Shown piece by piece: positions 1 to 11,128 of a stretch of 32,000 nt of DNA (positions within the stretch are counted from its first letter, which is position 1; each line of letters starts with the position of its first letter). The notes beneath the pieces were generated by a model. It did no database searches, was not told the DNA's origin, and saw only the letters and a program-made list of their open reading frames with translations. A program made the position numbers and the translations under genes. This DNA comes from Schaalia meyeri. GTDB lineage: Bacteria > Actinomycetota > Actinomycetes > Actinomycetales > Actinomycetaceae. The stretch is from the NCBI RefSeq assembly GCF_900105015.1, contig NZ_FNLK01000014.1:1-32000 (forward strand). The letters are read 5' to 3'.

Positions 1-1871
1 ACGCCCTGGATCAAATCTCCAAATACACGGGAAGCGACGAGCCCTCACTGACGAAGATGGGCGGGGCCGACTGGGCGAAAGCCAAGGCCCGCGCGAAGAA
101 GGCCGTGGGCGAAGTCGCCAAAGAGCTCATTCGACTGTACGCCGTGCGCCAACAAACCAAGGGGCACGCCTTTGGCCCGGACACGCCCTGGCAACGCGAA
201 CTCGAGGACGCCTTCCCCTACGTCGAAACCCCCGACCAGCTGGTCACCATCGACGAGGTCAAAGCCGACATGGAAAAGCCCGTCCCCATGGACCGCCTGC
301 TCACCGGCGACGTCGGATATGGCAAGACGGAAATCGCCGTGCGCGCAGCGTTCAAAGCCATCCAGGATGGCTACCAGGCCGCCGTCCTCGTCCCCACGAC
401 CCTGCTCGTCACCCAGCACGCTGAAACATTCGCGGAACGCTACGCCGGATTCCCCGTTCGTATCGGGACCCTCTCTCGCTTTTCGACCCGTCAGGAAACC
501 GAGGAGGTGAAAGCGGGGCTGGCCTCGGGCGAGGTCGACCTCGTCATCGGCACGCACTCCCTGCTGACCGGAACCGTCTCCTTTAAGAAACTCGGCCTGG
601 TCATCATCGATGAGGAACAGCGATTCGGCGTCGAGCACAAGGAAACCCTGAAGGCCCTGCGCACCGACGTGGACGTCCTTTCCATGTCGGCCACCCCGAT
701 CCCGCGCACGCTCGAGATGGCCATCTCCGGCATCCGCGAAATGTCCATCCTGCAAACACCGCCCGAGGAACGCCAGCCGGTCCTGACCTTCGTCGGCGCC
801 TACACCGACGCGCAGGTCAGCGCCGCTATCCGGCGCGAGCTGCTGCGCGACGGCCAGGTCTTTTACGTGCACAACCGCGTCGACTCCATCGCCTCAATCG
901 CCGCGGGCATCGGTGAGCTGGTCCCCGAGGCCCGTGTGCGCACCGCCCACGGCAGGATGAATGAGCACCAGCTTGAGGCCGTCATTCAGGACTTTTGGAA
1001 TCACGAGTTCGACGTCCTCGTGTGCACGACCATCGTCGAAACCGGGCTGGACATCTCCAACGCGAATACGCTCATCGTCGACCGTGCCGATACCTATGGC
1101 CTGTCCCAGCTTCACCAGTTGCGCGGGCGCGTCGGGCGAGGCCGCGAGCGAGCCTACGCGTACTTCTTTTACCCTGGCGACAAGGCGCTGACCGAAACCG
1201 CACACGAGCGGCTCAAGACCATCGCGGCAAACACCGAACTGGGAGCTGGACTGGCGGTTGCCCAGCGCGACCTGGAGATCCGTGGCGCAGGCAACCTGTT
1301 GGGAGGCGCCCAGTCCGGGCACGTTGAGGGTGTTGGCTTCGACCTGTACGTGCGAATGGTCTCCGACGCGGTGGCGGCCTACAGGGGCGAGGCGCCCGCC
1401 GAAAAGACCGACGTGCGCATGGACCTCCAGGTTGACGCCCACATCCCCGAGGACTACGTGCAAGGGGAGCGATTGCGTCTGGAGGTCTACGCCAAGATCG
1501 CGGCCATCACCACCCTCGAGCAGGAGGCGGATGTGCGGGAGGAACTGATCGATCGCTATGGCCCCATCCCCGCCCAGGTTGACCTGCTCTTTTCCCTCGC
1601 CCGGCTGCGCGAGGTCGTGCGCCGCGCCGGGATCACCGAGGTGGTCACCCAGGGGAAGTACCTGCGCGTCTCTCCCGTCCAGCTGCGTGATTCCCAGGTC
1701 ATGCGCCTCAAGCGACTGCACCCGGGCACCGTCATCAAGGCGGCTCTCCGCCAGGTGCTGGTGCCCCTCCCGCTCACCTCGCGCGTGGGCGGGAGCCCGC
1801 TCACCGACGGCCCGCTCCTGGAGTGGGTGGAGACGCTGGTGACGAAGATTCTCGTACCTTTTGGCGAGTAG
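1..1871 (+). CDS. mfd: Transcription-repair coupling factor Mfd, C-terminal ~620 aa (5' end outside window)
   Basis: The reading frame is open from the window edge ([21 protein letters not shown]...) into ORF 57..1871. SF2 helicase motifs are present: [39 protein letters not shown]-terminal Mfd-type region follows. Confidence 0.95.
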   Translation, partial: ALDQISKYTGSDEPSLTKMGGADWAKAKARAKKAVGEVAKELIRLYAVRQQTKGHAFGPDTPWQRELEDAFPYVETPDQLVTIDEVKADMEKPVPMDRLLTGDVGYGKTEIAVRAAFKAIQDGYQAAVLVPTTLLVTQHAETFAERYAGFPVRIGTLSRFSTRQETEEVKAGLASGEVDLVIGTHSLLTGTVSFKKLGLVIIDEEQRFGVEHKETLKALRTDVDVLSMSATPIPRTLEMAISGIREMSILQTPPEERQPVLTFVGAYTDAQVSAAIRRELLRDGQVFYVHNRVDSIASIAAGIGELVPEARVRTAHGRMNEHQLEAVIQDFWNHEFDVLVCTTIVETGLDISNANTLIVDRADTYGLSQLHQLRGRVGRGRERAYAYFFYPGDKALTETAHERLKTIAANTELGAGLAVAQRDLEIRGAGNLLGGAQSGHVEGVGFDLYVRMVSDAVAAYRGEAPAEKTDVRMDLQVDAHIPEDYVQGERLRLEVYAKIAAITTLEQEADVREELIDRYGPIPAQVDLLFSLARLREVVRRAGITEVVTQGKYLRVSPVQLRDSQVMRLKRLHPGTVIKAALRQVLVPLPLTSRVGGSPLTDGPLLEWVETLVTKILVPFGE

Positions 1872-1931
1872 CGCCTGTGGTGGAATACACTGGAGTCATT
1901 GCGTCGCAACACATCTGAGGAAGGAATACTC

Positions 1932-2534
1932 GTGCGCTACACACGTCAGCTGGTTGCCGCCGTCGTTCTCGCGGCCGCAGCACTGGGCATGGGGGCTTGC
2001 TCCGCTCACCCCGGCGCCGCTGTCGTCACCTCCACGGCGTCCTACAGCAACGAAGAGGTCGCCGAGGCGGTCCGGCAGTTGAGTGTCCTGGCGGGCGCAC
2101 AGTCGCAGATCACCGGCGAACAGATCCGTGCCCAGCTCATCAACGAGCCGATCCTGGAGGCCGCGGGCGCGTCGGTGGGAACCGTCGTCACCGACGAACA
2201 GATCGATCAGATCAACGAGCGCGTGGCACAGAGCCAGGGGATCACCCCCCTCACGCTCGGCCCCGCGACGCGCGCGACCGTCAAGTCGATCCTCCTCACT
2301 CAGGCGCTGAATCAGCTGGCTAAGTCGGATCCGTCGGTCGTTGAGCGCCTCAACCAGACCATGACCGAGGCCCGTGAGGCTGCCAACGTGCGCGTCAATC
2401 CGCGCTTCGCGCAGCCCTCGCAAGGGGGCGCGCAGGCGGCCTCGACCCCCCTGTTCGGCGACGCGGTCGCGGGTAACAAACAGGGCGGCCAGGCCCCGCT
2501 GCAGGGAGGAACGACCAGGGGCGGTGCGCACTAA
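1932..2534 (+). CDS. Putative secreted lipoprotein of unknown function
   Basis: GTG at 1932 lies ~7 nt after GAGGAAGGA. The product begins VRYTRQLVAAVVLAAAALGMGAC, a signal peptide with a lipobox-like cysteine. The ORF-track start at 1899 is a possible alternative. Confidence 0.6.
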   Translation: MRYTRQLVAAVVLAAAALGMGACSAHPGAAVVTSTASYSNEEVAEAVRQLSVLAGAQSQITGEQIRAQLINEPILEAAGASVGTVVTDEQIDQINERVAQSQGITPLTLGPATRATVKSILLTQALNQLAKSDPSVVERLNQTMTEAREAANVRVNPRFAQPSQGGAQAASTPLFGDAVAGNKQGGQAPLQGGTTRGGAH

Positions 2535-2566
2535 CTCGTGTGAGCATTCACTCACAGCTTGCGTGA

Positions 2567-3997
<1,431 letters not shown>

Positions 3998-4018
3998 GCA
4001 TCGGCGACTAACGCATCG

Positions 4019-4057
4019 CTCCGCGCGGATCCGTCAGGGTCCGCGCGGAGTCTTTTC
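4019..4057 (+). terminator. Intrinsic terminator downstream of eno
   Basis: An 11-bp perfect stem CTCCGCGCGGA (4019-4029) / TCCGCGCGGAG (4040-4050) with a 10-nt loop is followed by TCTTTTC. Confidence 0.75.
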
Positions 4058-4103
4058 GGCGTGGGGATGAGCCAAACGACCAGACTTAGGGCACGATAGA
4101 GGA

Positions 4104-4829
4104 ATGAATGGCCGTCGCTCTTCCTCCCGCCCTTCACCACGTCGCCGTTCCTCTTCGGAGGCGGCGCGTACGACGCGCGAGATCAACGCGGAGAAGTCGC
4201 GTCAGCGCAGGGCGGCCGCACAGGCTTCGAAGCGCGCGACGGGGGAGGGCTCCTCGGCGCGAGGCTCGCGTGACGCGACGTCGGCTGATCGGAAGAAACG
4301 GGGGGCAAGGCGCGGGGCGCTGCGTGCCGAGAAGCGTGTTGGGGGTGAGAGCGCCTCCGTTTTGTCGATCGGTGGGCTGGACATTTCGACGCGCCTGGTC
4401 GTGGTGCTGACAGTTGCCGCCATCCTCGCCGTCATGCTGGTTCCCAGCGTCTACCAGTGGTGGCAGCAGGAACGCGAACTGGCGCAGATCAAAACACAGG
4501 TTGCCGAGCAGCAGGAAAAGAACGCTCAGATGCAGCGCCAGCTGGACCTGTGGAATGATCCCGACTACATCTCTACGCAGGCGCGCGAGCGCCTCGGATA
4601 CGTGCGGCCCGGTGAGACGCAATACACGGTGGTGGATCCGGGGTCGCAATACCAGGACTCCGCGATGGCGTCCGCGGCGACGCCGACTGGACCGGCGCGC
4701 CCCTGGGTGCAGCAGCTCGCTATCCTAGTGGGGAAGGCGGATCAGCCGCCCAACTCGACGCCCGTCCCGTCGGCTGAGAACAGTCAGTCGGGCCAAGCGA
4801 ACACCACCGGCCAAGAAAGCGGAGAATGA
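4104..4829 (+). CDS. Septum formation initiator family protein (FtsB/DivIC-like)
   Basis: Arg-rich N-terminus, one TM helix (LVVVLTVAAILAVMLVPSVY), then a coiled coil ending in LWNDPDYISTQARERLGYVRPGE. It sits in the conserved eno-ftsB-DUF501-ppx order. The exact start is uncertain. Confidence 0.8.
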   Translation: MNGRRSSSRPSPRRRSSSEAARTTREINAEKSRQRRAAAQASKRATGEGSSARGSRDATSADRKKRGARRGALRAEKRVGGESASVLSIGGLDISTRLVVVLTVAAILAVMLVPSVYQWWQQERELAQIKTQVAEQQEKNAQMQRQLDLWNDPDYISTQARERLGYVRPGETQYTVVDPGSQYQDSAMASAATPTGPARPWVQQLAILVGKADQPPNSTPVPSAENSQSGQANTTGQESGE

Positions 4830-5335
4830 GCCTCTCACACATCACCGACGCCAGTGAAGAGGATCTGGAGGTCCTGCGCGCCCAGCTGGGTCGCGTGCCC
4901 CGAGGAGTCGTCGGTATTGCCGCGCGCTGCGTGTGCGGTCGGCCAACGGTGGTTGCCACCGCGCCGCGCCTGCCCGACGGTACGCCGTTCCCGACGACGT
5001 TTTATTTGACTCACCCGGCCGCCGTCAAGGGCGCGTCGACCCTGGAAGCCGAGCACGTCATGGACAGGTTCAACGAGGAGCTTGCCAACGATGCGGAGCT
5101 GCGTGCCGCCTATGAGGGCGCCCACCAGGCCTACATCAAGGCGCGCCTGACGCTGGGCGACGTCCCTGAGATATCCGGGGTGAGCGCGGGGGGAATGCCC
5201 GCGCGCGTCAAGTGCCTGCACGCGCTGGTCGGCCACTCGTTGGCCGCCGGAATCGGAGTCAACCCCATCGGTGATCGTGTTCTCGCGATGCTGGACGAGC
5301 GTGGCCTGTTCTCGCAGGGTCGCTGCTCCTGCTGA
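4826..5335 (+). CDS. DUF501 domain protein
   Basis: The ATGA start/stop overlaps the upstream gene. The product (CVCGRPTVVATAPRLPDGTPFPTTFYLTHP..., VKCLHALVGH) matches the family found between ftsB-like and ppx genes in actinobacteria. Confidence 0.8.
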   Translation: MSLSHITDASEEDLEVLRAQLGRVPRGVVGIAARCVCGRPTVVATAPRLPDGTPFPTTFYLTHPAAVKGASTLEAEHVMDRFNEELANDAELRAAYEGAHQAYIKARLTLGDVPEISGVSAGGMPARVKCLHALVGHSLAAGIGVNPIGDRVLAMLDERGLFSQGRCSC

Positions 5336-5395
5336 GTGCGCCCACCTGAGCCAGCCCCGGCCTGGTCCGGGACAAAACCCACCAGAAACGAAGCG

Positions 5396-6376
5396 ATGAC
5401 ACGCGTAGCTGCAATTGACTGTGGAACAAATTCGATCCGATTGTTGGTCGCCGACGGCAGCGTCGGCGAGGACGGAGCCGTCCGCCTCAGCGACCTCACC
5501 CGCCAGATGCGCATCGTGCGCCTGGGGCAGGGGGTGGACGCGCACGGGTACCTGGATCCCGCGGCGATCGAGCGTACCGTTGAGGCGACCGTCGAATATC
5601 AGCGGATGATCGAGGCGCTGGGTGCGACCCACACCCGCTTCGTGGCGACTTCCGCGACACGCGACGCCTCGAATAGCGCCGAGTTCGTGCGCCAGATTCG
5701 GGCGGTCATTGGTGTCGAACCCGAGGTGGTGGTCGGGACGGAAGAGGCGTCCCTGTCCTTTAATGGCGCGATTTCTGGGCTGGGCGAGTCCGTTTCCGCC
5801 CCCATGCTGGTCGTCGACATAGGGGGTGGATCGACCGAGCTGGTGCTGGGGTCCGCGCGCGTTGAGCAGGCGGTTTCGATCGACATGGGTGCGGTGCGGG
5901 TGACAGAGAAGTTCTTTAGCGGCATCGATCCGACCGTCGGTGTTGACGCTGCTAAACAGGAACGCGCTGTCACGTGGATTGATGAGCAGCTGGACGCGGC
6001 CGAAAAGTCGGTCGATCTGGCGCGCGTGCGATCCCTCGTGGGGGTCGCCGGAACGGTGACCACGCTGACGGCGCAGGCCCTGGGCTTGGCCTCTTACCAG
6101 CCCGAGCTCATTCACGGCGCCCGACTGAGCGCGGCCCAGATCGACGATGCGGTGCGCTTCATGGTCGACCAGCCCACCTCGGTGAAGGCCTCCCTGGGGT
6201 TCATGCCGCAGGGACGCGAAGACGTGATCGCCGCGGGCGCACTCATCTGGGGTCGCATCGTGCGGCGCGTGCTGGATCGGGCAGCCAGCGTGGGGCATCC
6301 CATCGATCAGGTGGTCACCTCCGAGCACGACATTTTGGACGGTATCGCGCTGGCGATGGTCTCGGACGCAGCTTGA
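5396..6376 (+). CDS. ppx: Ppx/GppA family exopolyphosphatase/phosphatase
   Basis: The product begins MTRVAAIDCGTNSIRLLVAD. It also has VDIGGGSTELV, the ASKHA phosphate-binding motifs of Ppx/GppA. ATG 5396 is chosen over the ORF-track start at 5336. Confidence 0.9.
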   Translation: MTRVAAIDCGTNSIRLLVADGSVGEDGAVRLSDLTRQMRIVRLGQGVDAHGYLDPAAIERTVEATVEYQRMIEALGATHTRFVATSATRDASNSAEFVRQIRAVIGVEPEVVVGTEEASLSFNGAISGLGESVSAPMLVVDIGGGSTELVLGSARVEQAVSIDMGAVRVTEKFFSGIDPTVGVDAAKQERAVTWIDEQLDAAEKSVDLARVRSLVGVAGTVTTLTAQALGLASYQPELIHGARLSAAQIDDAVRFMVDQPTSVKASLGFMPQGREDVIAAGALIWGRIVRRVLDRAASVGHPIDQVVTSEHDILDGIALAMVSDAA

Positions 6377-6416
6377 GCTGCGCGCCCGCCTCCCGTAGGC
6401 TGGATGTGCGCGGTGC

Positions 6417-6490
6417 GCCCCCGTGGCCCAATTGGCAGAGGCAACCGACTTAAAATCGGTGTGTTGTGGGTTCGAGTCCCACCGGGGGTA
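6417..6490 (+). tRNA. tRNA with anticodon UAA (tRNA-Leu-like; class-I shape by hand folding)
   Basis: Cloverleaf: acceptor GCCCCCG/CGGGGGT; D arm GCCC-AATTGGCAG-AGGC; anticodon stem ACCGA/TCGGT with loop CTTAAAA; variable GTGTT; T arm GTGGG-TTCGAGT-CCCAC; discriminator A. No CCA is encoded. Confidence 0.8.
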
Positions 6491-6648
6491 CTGATCCACG
6501 CTCTCATCAACGAGTCCGGGGACGCGTCCGCTTTCGTTGCGCGCCCCGGGTGGATTGTCCTTTCAGCCGCGCGCATAACACTACGTTTCCTACACGGGGT
6601 TGCCTCGTGCGACACTAGAGATAGCACATCACTGATCAAGGAGGAAAA

Positions 6649-7635
6649 ATGGCCAACCCGGTGATGAACTCGATCGTGAAGGACTGGTCGACCCAGTCCA
6701 CGACTCCCGCCGGCTATCCGACGATGCCCGGGTATCAGCCCGCGTCCCAGCAGGCTCAGAATCCTTACGGTGGTGCGGCAAACCCCTACGGGACAGAGCA
6801 GGCAGGATACGCGGGCGCAGATCGCGGACCCGTCTACGGGGTGCCGCAGGGAGCTCCCGCGGGCTATCCCGCACCGGCCGGGTACGACGATTCGATGGCC
6901 TCGTACGAGGCGATGATGAACGCCCCCGCCGCCGACTCCGTGGACCGCGGGATCATGACCTACGACGATGTCGTGGTCAAGTCGCTCATCTGCTTCACCC
7001 TGCTCCTCGTTGGCGCGACCGTCGGTTGGGCAACCGGCACGATTGCGCTGGGCGCGGCCATGCTCATCATGTTCGCCTCGCTCGTGGTGACCCTGGGCCT
7101 CGCCCTCTTTATCCAGTTCTCGAAGAAGGTACGTCCCGGCCTGATCGTCGTCTACTCGCTTCTGGAGGGTTTCGTCCTCGGCGTGGTGTCCTTCGCTTTC
7201 GAGTCGTTGTATCCCGGTATCGTCGTGACCGCGGTCATCGCGACCCTCGTCGTCATCGGCGTGACCCTGCTGGCATTCACCATGGGATTCGTGCGAAACT
7301 CCCCAACCCTGGCCCGCATCGCAGGCATCGGTTCCCTCGCGTTCTTCATCTACTACGCCGTCACCTTCGCGCTGTCGCTGACCGGTGTGGTTAACATGGT
7401 GGCCGTCAACAACACCAAGATCTGGGGTATCCCGTTGGGCGTCATCATCGGCGTGGTCGCGGTGTTCATCGGCGTGGTGTGCCTGGTGCGCGACTTCGAT
7501 GCTGTCAAGGTCGGCGTCTCCTACGGCGTGCCCGCACGCTTCTCCTGGCTGTGCACGTTCGCGATCATGACCGACGTGATCTGGATCTACCTGGAGATCC
7601 TCAAGATCCTGTCCTACTTTATGCGTCGCGACTGA
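6649..7635 (+). CDS. Bax inhibitor-1/YccA family membrane protein with P/Q/G/Y-rich N-terminal tail
   Basis: AAGGAGGA RBS precedes the ATG. A ~95-aa low-complexity N-terminus is followed by about seven hydrophobic helices, and the C-terminus is DVIWIYLEILKILSYF, typical of the BI-1 family. Confidence 0.85.
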   Translation: MANPVMNSIVKDWSTQSTTPAGYPTMPGYQPASQQAQNPYGGAANPYGTEQAGYAGADRGPVYGVPQGAPAGYPAPAGYDDSMASYEAMMNAPAADSVDRGIMTYDDVVVKSLICFTLLLVGATVGWATGTIALGAAMLIMFASLVVTLGLALFIQFSKKVRPGLIVVYSLLEGFVLGVVSFAFESLYPGIVVTAVIATLVVIGVTLLAFTMGFVRNSPTLARIAGIGSLAFFIYYAVTFALSLTGVVNMVAVNNTKIWGIPLGVIIGVVAVFIGVVCLVRDFDAVKVGVSYGVPARFSWLCTFAIMTDVIWIYLEILKILSYFMRRD

Positions 7636-7677
7636 CGCTCTGTGTCACCGTTCACTCACACCGCAAAGGAGAGATCC

Positions 7678-8076
7678 ATGGACAACATCACGGTCACCGG
7701 CGAATTTGGACGCAAGCCCGCCCTCGCTTTCGATGGCACCCCCTCCGATGAGCTTGTCGTTGAGGTTCTGCGTGCGGGCGACGGTCAGGAGGTTGAGGCC
7801 GGCGACACGATCACCTGCCATTACTTGGGCGCTGTGTTCGGGTCAGGCGCCGACTTCGATAACTCCTTTGATCGAGGCGGGGCCCTGTCCTTCCAGATCG
7901 GGGTTGGCATGGTCATCCCCGGATGGGACGAGGGCCTGGTGGGCAAGCGCGTGGGCGACCGCGTCCTGCTGTCCATCCCCGCATCGCTGGGCTACGGCGA
8001 ACGAGGCGTTCCCCAGGCCGGCATTCCCGGCGGTGCGACCCTCGTCTTCGTCACCGACATCCTTGGAGTCTCCTGA
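7678..8076 (+). CDS. FKBP-type peptidyl-prolyl cis-trans isomerase
   Basis: AAGGAGAG RBS precedes ATG 7678. The product contains HYLGAVFGSGADFDNSFDRG...FQIGVGMVIPGWDEGLVGKRVGDRVLLSIP..LGYGERG...IPGGATLVFVTDILGV. Confidence 0.9.
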   Translation: MDNITVTGEFGRKPALAFDGTPSDELVVEVLRAGDGQEVEAGDTITCHYLGAVFGSGADFDNSFDRGGALSFQIGVGMVIPGWDEGLVGKRVGDRVLLSIPASLGYGERGVPQAGIPGGATLVFVTDILGVS

Positions 8077-8095
8077 CACCGGCGGGTGCGACGAT

Positions 8096-8132
8096 GGCTG
8101 GGCGCCGCGCGGTTTCCGCGCGGCGCCCAGCC
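8096..8132. terminator. Bidirectional hairpin terminator between convergent FKBP and msrA genes
   Basis: A 17-bp perfect inverted repeat GGCTGGGCGCCGCGCGG-TTT-CCGCGCGGCGCCCAGCC is followed by ATCTTTCGTCTCATTT. Confidence 0.7.
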
Positions 8133-8242
8133 ATCTTTCGTCTCATTTGAGCAGCAAAGTCGCACCCAGAACGCGAGAGCGGCCACTGCAACGTCAGGGA
8201 TCATAGTCGTGGACTGATTTTTCGCCCCACGCGTTAGGGCTG

Positions 8243-8800
8243 CTACTCGCGCGGCAGCGCCGGGCAGGCAATCCCCGTGCGCGCGTGGCACTCGTAGCCA
8301 CCCGGGTTCTTGAACAGGTACTGCTGGTGATAGTCCTCGGCGTACCAGAAGCGCGCGGCTGCCTCGGGGTCGGGGGCAGGGGAGATGCCCGTTAGGATCG
8401 GCCCGAAACCGCGAGCCGTCAGCGCCTCCTGATAGACGTCGCGCAGGGCGGTGGCGTCGCGCAGCTGGTCGGGCGTGGTCGTCCAGATCTGTGACCTGTA
8501 CTGGTCGCCGATGTCGTTGCCCTGGCCGCCCGCCTGCGTGGGATCGTGGATTTCGAAGAACAGGCGAACCAGGTTCGCGGCGCTGGTGACGGTCGTGTCG
8601 AAGACGACGCGGACCGCCTCGGCGTGCCCCGTGCCGTGGAAACACACCTGCTCGTAGGTCGGGTGGGGCGTATCCCCGCCCATGTATCCCACCGCCGTTG
8701 AGACGACGCCCGGGGTGTTCCACATGGCCTTCTCGACACCCCAAAAGCATCCGGCCGCCAGGAAGATGACCTCCTGGCCGGCCCCCGCCTCGTCCATCAT
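8243..8800 (-). CDS. msrA: Peptide-methionine (S)-S-oxide reductase MsrA
   Basis: The product begins MMDEAGAGQEVIFLAAGCFWGVE, which carries the catalytic GCFWG motif. It also has HAEAVRVVFD and EDYHQQYL. The ORF-track extension to 9526 runs antisense into the neighbouring gene and is rejected. An alternative start lies ~27 codons upstream (MRGMRS...). Confidence 0.9.
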   Translation of the reverse strand: MMDEAGAGQEVIFLAAGCFWGVEKAMWNTPGVVSTAVGYMGGDTPHPTYEQVCFHGTGHAEAVRVVFDTTVTSAANLVRLFFEIHDPTQAGGQGNDIGDQYRSQIWTTTPDQLRDATALRDVYQEALTARGFGPILTGISPAPDPEAAARFWYAEDYHQQYLFKNPGGYECHARTGIACPALPRE

Positions 8801-8975
8801 CGACGAGCCGAGAACTGCGTGCGTAGAATTGCGGACTCCGACATGTGCCAGCGAAAATATGGATCTCATACCCCTCATTTCACCACCGCATGCGCCCTGT
8901 GCGCTCTTCCAGTGCGCGCAGGGCTGAAAACCGTGATCATGCGAGTACTCTTGGGAGGGAAACAAAGGAGGGCCC

Positions 8976-10463
8976 GTGGCCGACACACACGAACAAACGC
9001 GCTGGAAGCTGTCCGACCTCGTGGGGCGGCTCACCGCCGCCCTGCCCGCGAAGAACGCCGAACAGCCGGCAGCGGCGCCCGTCGTCGTGTCCGAGCGCGA
9101 GGAACCCCAGGGCGAAGGGGACGTCGCTGCCGCAGTCCCGCGCACCCTCCGGGTTGCCGCCGCGATATCGTGGCGTACCCTCGTCGTCGTCGGATTGGTC
9201 GGTATCGTCCTATGGGGGATCGCCAGGCTGACGATCGTCATCATGCCCGTAGCGATCGCGTTGACGGTCGCCGTGCTGCTGGAACCCCTGGTGTCGTGGA
9301 TGCGTCGCAAGCTGCATTTCCCGCCCTCGCTGGCCGCCGCGGTGGGCCTGCTTCTCCTATTCTTCGTGGTCGCGGGAACGCTGAGCCAGGCAGCCGCAGA
9401 GCTGATCCAGCAAGTGCCGCTGCTGGCGATGCAGGCAGCAGATGGCTTCCGCGCGCTGCTCGACGCGATTACCCACAACGAGTTCTTGAAAAACGGGCCG
9501 TTCAAGATCGACACCACCGCCCTCAACCACTGGGTCGATCAGCTGCGCACGGAGCTCGTCAACTGGCTCAATACGAATAAGGAAACGCTGGCCACGGGCG
9601 CCCTGAACATCACCACATCGGTGGGCACGCTGGCGACCTCGGGCCTGACTATGCTGTTCTGCCTGTTCTTCTTCCTGAAGGAGGGGCGCTCGATCTGGCT
9701 GTGGTGCGTGCGCCTGCTTCCGGCGCGCACCCGCGTCCTGGTACACGAGAGCGCGATTCGCGGCTGGGCGACTTTCGGCTCCTACGTGCGCACGCAGATC
9801 CAGGTCGCCGCCATTGACGCGATCGGTATCGCTTTGGGTGCGTTCTTCCTGGGTGTTCCACTGGCCATCCCGATTGGCGTCATCACGTTCTTTGCGGCGT
9901 TCGTCCCGATTCTGGGCGCCCTGACCTCCGGCGTGATCGCCGTCCTGGTGGCGGCCGTCAACGGGGGCCTGACCAAGGCGATCATCATGCTTGTCATAAT
10001 CCTGGTCGTCCAGCAGATCGAGTCGAACATCCTGCAGCCGTTCATGATGTCGAACGCGGTGTCCCTGCACCCCGTGGCCGTCATGCTGGTCATCACCGCG
10101 GGTTCCGCTATCGCGGGCATCGCGGGCGCGATCTTTTCGGTTCCGATCGCAGCGTTCATCAATGCGACGATCATGTACCTGCACGGGTACGACCCGATGC
10201 CCGAGCTGGCCACCGCGCAGGACCGGCCGGGCGGGCCGCCGGGAATCCTCGAACGAGAGATTGCCGCCTCCTACGCGGGCAAACCCGACACCCGGCAGTG
10301 CGTTGTGTGCGCGGATGAAACTACGGACGAGCCCGTTGCCTCGGCCTCCGCGGACGATCCCGACAAGCAAGCGGAAGCCGAGTTAGGCGCCTCAGCGGGC
10401 GGTTCCTCAGCGGGCGAGGGGAAATCCGCGGCAGAGGTCCCGGCGTCTCCCACGCGGCCTTGA
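8976..10463 (+). CDS. AI-2E family transporter (PerM-like permease) with long disordered termini
   Basis: AAAGGAGGG RBS precedes GTG 8976. The product has multiple TM helices and VPILGALTSGVIAVLVA...VQQIESNILQPFMMS, typical of the AI-2E/UPF0118 family. Confidence 0.85.
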   Translation: MADTHEQTRWKLSDLVGRLTAALPAKNAEQPAAAPVVVSEREEPQGEGDVAAAVPRTLRVAAAISWRTLVVVGLVGIVLWGIARLTIVIMPVAIALTVAVLLEPLVSWMRRKLHFPPSLAAAVGLLLLFFVVAGTLSQAAAELIQQVPLLAMQAADGFRALLDAITHNEFLKNGPFKIDTTALNHWVDQLRTELVNWLNTNKETLATGALNITTSVGTLATSGLTMLFCLFFFLKEGRSIWLWCVRLLPARTRVLVHESAIRGWATFGSYVRTQIQVAAIDAIGIALGAFFLGVPLAIPIGVITFFAAFVPILGALTSGVIAVLVAAVNGGLTKAIIMLVIILVVQQIESNILQPFMMSNAVSLHPVAVMLVITAGSAIAGIAGAIFSVPIAAFINATIMYLHGYDPMPELATAQDRPGGPPGILEREIAASYAGKPDTRQCVVCADETTDEPVASASADDPDKQAEAELGASAGGSSAGEGKSAAEVPASPTRP

Positions 10464-10479
10464 GCGGCTTGCGGATATA

Positions 10480-10515
10480 GCGTGCGGGTCCCGCCAATTG
10501 GCGGGACCCGCACGC
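10480..10515. terminator. Bidirectional hairpin terminator between convergent transporter and greA genes
   Basis: A perfect 36-bp palindrome GCGTGCGGGTCCCGCC-AATT-GGCGGGACCCGCACGC sits in the 70-bp gap. Confidence 0.7.
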
Positions 10516-10533
10516 GTTGGCGCAGCTTGGTGA

Positions 10534-11013
10534 TCAGCCCTCGAAGGGCGTGGCGTCAAGGATCTCGACGTCGATCATGCGTCCGGTAGGGGCCTCGAAG
10601 GAGAGTTTGTCTCCGGCCTTGTGGCCGATGACGGCGGCGCCCAGGGGAGCCTGCGCGGAGAAGACCTGGATACCCAGGTCGCCGCCCGCATCGCGGGAGC
10701 CGAGCAGGAACTTCTGCTCGCGACCCGCCACCAGGGCGGTGACGACCATGCCGGGTTCGACGATTCCGTCGTCGGCGGGGGTCTGGCCGACCTCGGCGTG
10801 CTCCAGCATCTCCTGGAGGGCCTGGATTCGCGTCTCGTTCATGGACTGTTCGTTACGTGCGGCGTGGTATCCGCCGTTTTCTCGCAGGTCGCCCTCCTGG
10901 CGGGCGGCGTCGATCAGACGCGCGATTTCGACGCGCTTGACTTCGACGCGTTCCTTTAGCTCGTTCGCCAGCAGGTCGTACTGCGCCTGCGTCAGCCACT
11001 GTGTGTCAGCCAT
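10534..11013 (-). CDS. greA: Transcription elongation factor GreA
   Basis: The product begins MADTQWLTQAQYDLLANELK and contains GDLRENGGYHAARNEQ. The C-terminal domain follows, ending ...IDVEILDATPFEG. Confidence 0.95.
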   Translation of the reverse strand: MADTQWLTQAQYDLLANELKERVEVKRVEIARLIDAARQEGDLRENGGYHAARNEQSMNETRIQALQEMLEHAEVGQTPADDGIVEPGMVVTALVAGREQKFLLGSRDAGGDLGIQVFSAQAPLGAAVIGHKAGDKLSFEAPTGRMIDVEILDATPFEG

Positions 11014-11128
11014 GGTTCCTCCAATGACGTGTCAGTAGTCGAGCGCCGACACACGGGTGCCGGCGCGCATGGTGTTGAGTGTAGCAACATTGCGCGCGGC
11101 AACGTCGATAGCGCGGCGCAGGGGTGTC

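Noticed and set aside
6417-6490. The tRNA as the integration site of the defence island.
   Set aside because: It lies 11 kb upstream of the island, with ordinary core genes in between. The island junction is inside ychF instead.
8894-8924. An 11-bp stem hairpin (GCCCTGTGCGC / GCGCGCAGGGC, one G-U pair) in the divergent msrA/transporter intergenic region.
   Set aside because: It has no U-tract and no recognisable riboswitch or operator consensus. It might be a regulator site or a 5'-UTR structure, but nothing supports a specific call.
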